Below, in pieces: positions 55,244-64,000 of a DNA stretch of 64,000 nucleotides (position 1 is its first letter; each line of letters opens with the position of its first letter). The stretch lies in NCBI GenBank assembly GCA_951406725.2, contig OX597817.1:65410001-65474000 (forward strand), written 5' to 3'. Source of the DNA: Octopus vulgaris (taxonomy: Eukaryota). Both the position numbers and the translations under genes were made by a program. Below the pieces are notes generated by a model, which did no database searches, had not been told where the DNA came from, and saw only the letters and a list, made by a program, of their open reading frames with translations.

Positions 55244-55830
55244 TCTTATTATAAAAGGCAGATTTTATCTGCCTCCCTTTGGGAGTTATACAAATCTACA
55301 ATATAGGATTTCTTCAATTACAATTTACCTAGCAGTTTTAAGAGTACAATGCATCGCGTCATGCCAGGTCCAGTTTTTAAAATTTAAACTCCAATTAAGC
55401 AAAATTTACAGAAAACTCACATTCTGGTGTGTGTGTCAAATGCTTTTCTTAGTCTGGTTTACACCACACGCAAACGCACACACACAGTGGGCAAGGAATA
55501 AAATGAAAGTAATTCACTTACTGTAGTGAGTGATTCTTTCACTCTGCCTCCCACTTCCTTTTACACACATAGAAAAAACTTTTATTTTTTTACATAAGTA
55601 ATGAGAGCGAAAGAGACTAAGAGAAAGCGATTGTATGACGAGGGAAGTTCCTTTGAAGTTACCGTGCATGGGACTCATTGATGTACATGTGTGTGTGTGT
55701 GTGTGTTTGATGGAGTGTGGGAGACAGACAGTGTGTTGTGTAAGTGAAGTGCTTCTGTTAGTGTGTGTGAAGAGACAGAGAGAGTAATGTGTGAAAGAGA
55801 GAGATAACTGAAATTTTTTACTCGGTTTAT
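55244..55830 (+). mobile_element. Helitron-like family B segment abutting the family A 3' end
   Basis: Starts with TC immediately after CTAG; longest family B copy in the window. Confidence 0.72.
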
Positions 55831-55852
55831 GTGTATATGTATGTATGCATGT

Positions 55853-55884
<32 letters not shown>

Positions 55885-55899
55885 GTGTGTGTATGTATG

Positions 55900-56745
55900 T
55901 ATTTATATATAAAAGAAAGGTTGTGTGTCTGTCTACTCCGATTTAGATTCCTAACTACTCCCACATTTTGCGATGCAGTTTAACCAAAACCGGGTATCTT
56001 ATAGTCGTGATTCATATCGAGCCCTTCTGGGTATTAGCGCGCGTCTACGATGAGTCTATGATTTTACAAATAATTTACCATCATTTTTTTCCATTTTAAT
56101 GCATATTTTTAAAAATAAACGGAAGTAACTCTCAAACTTCACACCAATATGCGTGCTCATATGCGACGAAATATCACATCACCAGCATTTCCTCACACCC
56201 TCCTTGCACTTGGCGAAGGCAAAATACCAGGGGATGAAAATGGTAATATTGCCATCGATTCCATTTGTACCATTGTTAAGACGCCTTCTGATCTCAGAGA
56301 TGCAGTGTTCCCAGATTTACAAGCTAATTATCAGAATATGGATTGGATTGGCAAAAAGGCTATACTGGCCCCGAGGAATAAAACTGTTCACCATATTAAT
56401 GATGAAATGCTAAAACTCATTCCTGGGGAAGTCTATGTATATCAGTCTATCGATACAACTCCTGACCCAGAGGACGTCATCAACTATCCAATAGAGGTAC
56501 TCAATTCCTTTGAGCACCCCGGACTACCACCTTACTTTCTCAAACTTAAAGTTAGTGCCCCTATAATGCTCATCAGAAATTTGGTTCCCCCAAAACAATG
56601 CAATGGCACACGTTTGGCGTTAAGTCCTTATCTCCCACCGTAAGCTTATTTCAATATTTGCCTGAATAATCATCATAATTCAGTGCAATCATTAACAGTA
56701 CTTTCAAGCAATTCAGCCCCGAGCAACGCCGGGCAATTCTGCTAG
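55900..56745 (+). mobile_element. Internally deleted Helitron (family A termini) retaining part of the helicase gene
   Basis: Same 5' sequence as 54851, 3' hairpin CCCGAGCAACGCCGGG + CTAG|T. Confidence 0.9.
56140..56643 (+). pseudogene. Helitron RepHel PIF1-family helicase fragment
   Basis: NMRA, LL.LGEG, VFPDL, AILAPRN..V..IN, YPIEVLNS....GLPP..L.LKV.APIML.RNL.PP..CNGTRL. Confidence 0.92.
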
Positions 56746-56824
56746 TATATATATATAGTTCGAATTTTCAGTAAAAAAGAAAACAAGCAGTGTAATAGTT
56801 TTACGATCTGGAAGAATGGAAAAG

Positions 56825-56862
56825 TCTTTAACGTTTCGAGCCTATGTTCTTCAACAGAAAGA
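56825..56862 (-). ncRNA. Minimal hammerhead-like motif (core variant CTGTTGA)
   Basis: tcttt-CTGTTGA-agaac-atag-gctc-GAAAC-GTT-aaaga, with a perfect 5 bp stem I. Confidence 0.55.
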
Positions 56863-56919
56863 GAGAGAAAAGAAGTGTGTATGCATACATATGTATGTAT
56901 GCATGTATGTATGCGACGG

Positions 56920-57065
56920 TACGACGGTCTTCTTTCAGCTTCCGTTTACCAATTCCACTTACAAGCTATTAGTCGGCCCGTGGCTATAGTGAAAGGTGGC
57001 ACGCAATGAGAATGAAACTAGTAGCATGTGGTGGGAAAGCAAACTTCTTTCCACACAGTCATGCA
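56920..57065 (-). mobile_element. SINE head copy
   Basis: Reverse complement of the 40445-40586 family. Confidence 0.6.
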
Positions 57066-57101
57066 TGGTATATAATAATGTGTGTTTGCATTTGTATTTT
57101 A

Positions 57102-57137
<36 letters not shown>

Positions 57138-57276
57138 TGTATGTGTGTATGTATGTATGTATGTATGTATGTGTATATATAGGTGAGAGAGTTGGTGTGT
57201 GAAGGCACGTGGATGAATGTATAAAAAATAAAAATGAGTGAAAACACAAGCCTTCTTTAGTTTTTTCACTCTTTTT

Positions 57277-57312
<36 letters not shown>

Positions 57313-57487
57313 ATAAATATTAGGGAATAAATCCAAATTTACAGGGAAAAAATCAGATTTAGGATTAAATCCAATTTTATAGTAAAATATTATAAAATAT
57401 TATTAGAGACAAAACCACTATTTTGCAAAACAAACAAGGAAAGACTTAATCAATACATAAAATTTTAATAAATAGTCAAAAAAACCG

Positions 57488-57530
57488 CCACTACAATTGT
57501 TTCTTGTCTTGATCGACAATCTTCAGGTGG
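57488..57530 (-). ncRNA. Intact minimal type I hammerhead ribozyme
   Basis: ccac-CUGAAGA-uuguc-gaucaa-gacaa-GAAAC-aauu-GUA-gugg: perfect stems I and II, palindromic stem III (CAAUUG), GUA cleavage triplet. Confidence 0.9.
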
Positions 57531-57872
57531 ACTTCCAATCTAAAATATCAATTTTTTAAAATATAAAAATAATAATTTTAAAATAATTAAAATATGAATG
57601 AAAAAATATAAATATATAATCCATATATAACCTATATATAATCCATATATAATCAATATATAAACAATATATAAACTAAAATAAACCTATCAACAATTAA
57701 ATATAAAATATAAAATATAAAATATAAAACAAAAGAAAATAATAATAATATAATAATAAACTATATATACACCCATACACATATACCTAATTATATATAA
57801 CCATATCTAACTACATACACTAAATCACACACCTATATATATATCCCTATACATACACATAAAAACATCTAG

Positions 57873-58723
57873 GCAACTATAAATAAATAAAATAGCTAAA
57901 TACTTCAACACAAAACTTATTCATACTCCCACACACACACACATACAACCCACATTCACGCTCTAGAAAACGGACATCACTTAAAATTATGAACGGAGAA
58001 ATGGAATAAATGGAATTAAAAATTATATTCACTTGGTAAAACGAACACTACTTAAAAATTATGAATGAAACAATGCAATAAAACAACAGACATCGCAAAT
58101 AGACACAAATTACTACGAATTCCTTAACAAACCTACCATGATAAACCAAAACTCATAAAAACATATAATGATAAAATCTCCCTTTACTAAACTCTATAAC
58201 ATACCTATATAGCAATCCCCTTAACCTAAACATTCACACACAAATACACACACATAAACCACACACCCACGATATATACAAATACCCACACCACTTACAC
58301 ATACCTATACATACATATAAACCGCAACATATACTCCAAAAACCCACTCAACCCCACACAGACAAATAAACACAAAAATTATGAATGGATTCTTTTATAA
58401 AACTACCATGATAAGCTAAAACTCACAAAACATAAATGATAAAACCTCCCTTTACTAAACACTATAACATACTTATATAGCAATCCCTTTAACCTATACA
58501 TTCACACACAAATACACACACGTAAACCACACACCCATAACAAATACAAACACCCACCCCACTCACACACACCCACAAGTACATATAAGCCTCAACATAT
58601 ACACCAAACAAAATTACTTTACCAAGGGACTTAACATATGTATAAAAAATATATAACCGCTCTGGAAACGAACATCTTTAAAATAATGAATGGAGAAATG
58701 GAATAAATGGAATTAAAAATAAT
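57873..58723 (+). repeat. Left arm of a >=850 bp inverted repeat (partner 63150-64000)
   Basis: The window end reverse-complements to GCAACTATAAATAAATAAAATAGC at 57873; the match runs to GGAATTAAAAATAAT at about 58723. Confidence 0.92.
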
Positions 58724-59610
58724 ATTCACGTGGCAAAACGAACACCACTCAAAAATTATGAATGAAACAATGTAATAAAACAACCAACATCGAAAATAGA
58801 CAAATTACCACGAATTCCCTAAAAAAAACCATGATAAACCAAAACTCTTAAAAACATATAACGATAAAATCTCCCTTTGCTAAACTCTATAACAAACCTA
58901 TATAGCAATCCCCCTAACCTAAACATTCACACACAAAAAAACACACACGTAAACCACAGACTCACAACTTATACACATACCTATACTAACTTATAAACCT
59001 CAATATACACCAAAAACCCACTCCCTCCCCACACAGACAAATTAACACATACATCCCAAAACCTAAATAACAAACCCATATACACATTCACACACAAACA
59101 CACACACACGCAAAACACACACACACAACAGATACATATACTCCCTCAATATACGCATATACATACTCACTAAACTCGATATATACAACAATATTTACAC
59201 ACCCACACTCATACAGATAAATAAATTATACAACTAAAAATTCACACACAATCTCATATACATAAACACTCCAATAAAAAACAACATTAAATACATCGTA
59301 ATTAACCAGAATATCAAAAATAACAATATGACATAAGGAGAAATAAAATACATACTTACAAGTCAGTTTCAAATTATGAAGTGAAATTAAATTCTTAGCC
59401 GTTAAAAAAATCAAACCAAAATTACGTTACCATAGAAATATAACTTATGTAAAAAAAGAATACGCGCCATGGAAAGTAAACGTCATTTAAAATTATGAAT
59501 GGAGAAATAGAATAAATGGAACTAAAAACTATATACACGTGGCAAACCATCACTACTTAAAAAAAAAAAAAATTTATTATGAATGGATTCTTTAATAAAA
59601 CTACCATAAT
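57950..59610. repeat. Diverged tandem repeats (about 700-800 bp period with ~270 bp sub-repeats) in the PLE 3' region
   Basis: The ATGAA.GGAGAAAT.GAATAAATGGAA block recurs at about 57990, 58690 and 59495. The CCATGATAA...TAGCAATCCC block recurs at about 58135, 58405 and 58830. Confidence 0.85.
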
Positions 59611-61044
59611 AATAAATTATTATATACATTTATGAGCTTTAGCTCATCTTAGCAGCTCTAACAAACAACTTGCAGTAACCCAAATCTATTCTCGATGCCT
59701 GCCTTACTACTACACTATTCCATTCCCAATTCCAAGCAACGCTAGCCTACCACCCGGTTACAATTCCCAACTCCACCCATTCATTCACAATTTCAACGAC
59801 GTTCACCTCCTCAGCGCTACATATAAGCCTCAACATATACACCGGAGATTCGCTTTCACATCCGTGCGGATGGGTGAGAGTATACATTAAGTGTAGTGAT
59901 GGGGCTCCCATTACTATACACATTTGTACCTGTGTGGTAGTCTCCATGTGTATATTCACGCACGGGTATAAATGCAGGGGGTACACGCGCACGGCATGTA
60001 CGTGTACCCCCTCACATGTACATATGCATGCTAGTTGGGCTCGATATGTGCAACAATGTAATCGCGCCCGCATACATGCATATGGGTGAGTTGCACAATC
60101 AAAATACGCACACGTGTTTGTGCGTTCCCTGGTTGTGCAACTCACCCATCTGGGTGTGAGTGGGTGTATGCGTATTGCTGTGGATGTCGAGCTTAATACG
60201 TATGTATATGAGTGTGTATTGGGGGGTTGTACGTATTTATTGTGTGCATGTGCTTCACGCACGTGCGTCCATGTATGGATGAATATATTGGGATTGCTAT
60301 GTGGGTGTAAATTGGGTATGGAAGGGGGAGTTTTGTCATTGTATGGGTGTAGGTTTCATTTGTGATGGTTGTTTGTTGGTGATTTTTAATATGTTCTGTA
60401 TATTTGGGTTAGTTATGTATTATTCTAGTGTGTATAATTGTATACATATGATTGGTGTAAGTGGGATTAAGCCCATTTGGGGATGTATGTGTTTATTTGT
60501 CCGTATGGGGCGGGAGTGGCCGTTTGGTGTATATTTTGAGGCTCACATGCAATTCCAGGTACGCGCGAATGAAGTGGGCACTTATATTTGTTATGGGTGT
60601 GTATACTTTATTATAACAGACAATACCCAAATAAAATCTGTCAATTCAATATACCAAATAAAAAACAAAAAACAAAGGGATCGTAAACATTCACACATAC
60701 ATACAAAACTCAATAAAAACACCACTAAATAACACCCATCAACATATAAATATATCCTCCAAAATACATATAACAAATGCATAATAAAAATACATAATAA
60801 AATAAAAAAAAAAAAAAAAAAAAAAAAATATATAAATAAAGAAAATAAAAAAATCTAATATAAATTATTAAAGTTTTAACATACCATAAACTGTTATATT
60901 AATATACATTAAAATGAACTAATTAAAACAAAGAAATATCAATAAAGACTAACTATAATTAAAGCCTAGACTACATAACCAAAAAATATATTATCTAAAC
61001 TAATTTAAACTAAACTAAAGTAATCTAATAGGGAACTATTATTG

Positions 61045-61505
61045 CTATTTATCATGAAACTTATTATATAGGTAAAGTAACTTATGTCTGCATTTTATTT
61101 TGCGCTCTTCACCAGTATTAAGTAAATTATCATACTTATAAAATAAAATTTCTTTAAACTCATTAGAGCATAAATAACAACAATTAGCTCCTATAGTATA
61201 TGATTTAGTTTTACAAATTATTTCCCAAATTAAACTATAATTAATATTTAGTGATTTAAGACTCCAAATGTACTTACTAAGTCCGGTTGAGTTGATTAAG
61301 TTTTTATTTTTAAAAGAATTCATATGTTGTGCGATTCTTAGTTTTATTTTTGAGGAAGTAGAACCTATATAAACCGCTTTTGGGTAATTATTATTCTTAA
61401 AGTTATTATCATGTAATGTAACTATACATTTATACACTACATCGTTAATATCACAATTATTATTTAATATACAATTAGATTTATCTCTACATGTACAATT
61501 AATAT
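61045..61505 (-). pseudogene. Penelope/Naiad GIY-YIG endonuclease domain
   Basis: NCTC..K.NC.L...C....VVYKC.V......YIGST...K.R...H..SF, STGLSKYIW.LK, WEI, CYLC..E, CRHK. Confidence 0.88.
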
Positions 61506-63080
61506 GTCTTATCATTATTAATATTATTATCAAATAATTTCTTTTTATAAAAATTATTCAGTTTATATTTATTAAATGAAGAAATAATGTTACCAACATT
61601 ATTAGTGGTAGAATAACCAACTCCAAAATTATTAAAAGAGAAAATGTTTCTATATTTACGATTATCTCTAATAAATAGTTCTATAACATCTAAAATCTAT
61701 TTAATAATATTCGTTTTTACTTGATCTCCATAAGGAACTATTAACCAAATTTTATTCTTATTAACCTTATTATTATTATCATTATTATAAATATATTTAT
61801 AATTCTTTATTTTATTAAAATTATTATCAAAATTATATCTATGTACAGCATTTAAGGAATTATTAATATTATTAATTTTATCAATATAATTATTATAATA
61901 ATTATTAAATTTATTTTTATTTTTATTATTCTTATTTATATTATTATTATTATTATATTTATTATTATTATTATTATTCTTATTTATATTTTTATCATTT
62001 TTATTATTTTTTTTATAATATCTATTATTTTTACCACTAAACCTAACAAAATTATAATTATTATTAGAAGTATCTCGAAAATTATCAATTAAATCTTTAT
62101 CACTAATATTATAAAATTTAATATTCCTATTATAACCTGCCCCTCTAAGGGCCTCATTATAATAATTAGCATGTTTATTAAAAATCTCTATATCATAAGA
62201 GAGTAATGAAATACGTTTACTTATATTATTAATCAACGAATTTTTAATAGAAAATGGGTGATTACTATTAACATTTATATATCTAAGGTTCTCATTAAGT
62301 TTATGATATGGTTGTGTTTTACCTGTAATAAGATTAAAATTAACATCTAAATAATTAACATTATAATTCTCCTTATATATAGTAATACTTAAACCATATC
62401 TTTTAAAGAAACTATATAGTTTTTTCTTATATACTTCTAGATTCCTATTAGTACAATTCTTTGTAACTAGTAGAAGATCGTCTCTATATAAACCACCCTC
62501 TATCTTAAGATTTTCTAATTGGAGTTCAGATAAAAGAAAAATACCTACTAAATCAGTAGCCTGTGCAGAATCTGGTGCTCCCATAGGTATATCAAAACAA
62601 TCTCTAGTATCATTCCTAGCCCATAATTTATTTTTATATTTAATTAGCGATTTCCTAGCCATTTTAATTACATTAACTTCTTCCCGTGACATACCCACTT
62701 TATTCATTGCGAAAATAAGCGCTTTATTAAACACAATTTCATTAATAGAAGAATAATAATTATCTATATCTATTTGAATAAATTTATAACGATTTTTATC
62801 TTTAATATTATTAAACCATTTCAATGTATTATTATTACTAAACCATAATTTTAAATAATTAAGTTTATTTAACTTATCAATATATTTATCTAAAATAAAT
62901 TTACTTAATTTACCTAGGTCCGATTTACATGGGCAAATTAATCTAACTTTAGGGTCTGAATAAAAATTATCTTTATGGTCTTTAAGAGTAATTCTGGGGT
63001 GCAAAGGTACATAAGGTTCAGTTTTATTATCCAACTCATATTTTAACATTACTACTTTAGAGGCCTTATTAATATTATAA
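61506..63080 (-). pseudogene. Penelope/Naiad reverse transcriptase and linker (one TAG at 61697-61699, frameshift near 61505)
   Basis: ITLKDHKDNF...P.VRLI.P.KS.LGKLSK.ILD, DI.NYYSSI, PMG, LYRDD, NYLDV, PYHK, YIN..SNHP. The frame continues past the TAG as ILDVI...YRNIF...GYS..NN...IIS.FN. Confidence 0.9.
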
Positions 63081-63149
63081 CACACCCACAAGTACATATA
63101 AGCCTCAACATATACACCAAACAAAATTATTTTTAATTCCATTTATTAA

Positions 63150-64000
63150 ATTATTTTTAATTCCATTTATTCCATTTCTCCATTCATTATTTTAAAGATG
63201 TTCGTTTCCAGAGCGGTTATATATTTTTTATACATATGTTAAGTTCCTTGGTAAAGTAATTTTGTTTGGTGTATATGTTGAGGCTTATATGTACTTGTGG
63301 GTGTGTGTGAGTGGGGTGGGTGTTTGTATTTGTTATGGGTGTGTGGTTTACGTGTGTGTATTTGTGTGTGAGTGTATAGGTTAAAGGGATTGCTATATAA
63401 GTATGTTATAGTGTTTAGTAAAGGGAGGTTTTATCATTTATGTTTTGTGAGTTTTAGCTTATCATGGTAGTTTTATAAAAGAATCCATTCATAATTTTTG
63501 TGTTTATTTGTCTGTGTGGGGTTGAGTGGGTTTTTGGAGTATATGTTGAGGTTTATATGTATGTATAGGTATGTGTAAGTGGTGTGGGTATTTGTATATA
63601 TCGTGGGTGTGTGGTTTATGTGTGTGTATTTGTGTGTGAATGTTTAGGTTAAGGGGATTGCTATATAGGTATGTTATAGAGTTTAGTAAAGGGAGATTTT
63701 ATCATTATATGTTTTTATGAGTTTTGGTTTATCATGGTAGGTTTGTTAAGGAATTCGTAGTAATTTGTGTCTATTTGCGATGTCTGTTGTTTTATTGCAT
63801 TGTTTCATTCATAATTTTTAAGTAGTGTTCGTTTTACCAAGTGAATATAATTTTTAATTCCATTTATTCCATTTCTCCGTTCATAATTTTAAGTGATGTC
63901 CGTTTTCTAGAGCGTGAATGTGGGTTGTATGTGTGTGTGTGTGGGAGTATGAATAAGTTTTGTGTTGAAGTATTTAGCTATTTTATTTATTTATAGTTGC
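63150..64000 (-). repeat. Right arm of the inverted repeat (inverted pseudo-LTR-like copy)
   Basis: Near-exact reverse complement of 57873-58723. Confidence 0.92.

Larger units (their letters stand above)
57310..64000 (-). mobile_element. Penelope-like retroelement (Naiad-type), 5'-truncated, with long 3' region and inverted terminal copy running off the window
   Basis: RT + C-terminal GIY-YIG coding region, a same-strand hammerhead near the distal end, and an inverted copy of the 3' region upstream of the ORF. Confidence 0.85.

Noticed and set aside
57560-59700. Mitochondrial control-region-like (NUMT) AC-skewed sequence
   Set aside because: No mitochondrial genes or tRNAs adjacent; it is duplicated as part of the PLE inverted structure
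59747-60732. 171 aa and 143 aa ORFs
   Set aside because: Low-complexity GT/AC-rich repeat-derived frames with no motifs
61697-61699. In-frame stop in the Naiad ORF as a possible selenocysteine codon
   Set aside because: Some Naiads are reported to use UGA/Sec, but this stop is TAG and is accompanied by a frameshift, so it is best read as decay. No SECIS element was identified.
63081-63142. N-terminal 21 aa of the 481 aa ORF (MELKIILFG...)
   Set aside because: Derived from the rearranged non-coding junction piece, not the real RT start

Overview
Repeat-dominated, AT-rich animal genomic DNA with no recognisable host protein-coding gene. The SINE/microsatellite make-up suggests a coleoid cephalopod such as Octopus (inference). 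Most ORF-track entries are microsatellite artefacts. The real coding content is all transposon-derived. It comprises (i) a nearly complete CR1-clade LINE (907-5276) whose Myb/SANT-like and 2xCCCH ORF1 region is in one frame with the APE endonuclease and RT; (ii) a 5'-truncated Naiad-type Penelope-like element (RT + GIY-YIG, minus strand, about 57310-64000) with a long repetitive 3' region, an intact minimal hammerhead ribozyme and an inverted terminal copy; (iii) decayed RTE, Dong/R4 and mariner fragments; and (iv) a cluster of non-autonomous Helitrons, one carrying a PIF1 helicase fragment. The most unusual signal is about 10 dispersed Penelope-type minimal hammerhead motifs, together with several long fold-back palindromes built from hammerhead halves or whole hammerheads. 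Coordinates of degraded elements are approximate and were read by eye.
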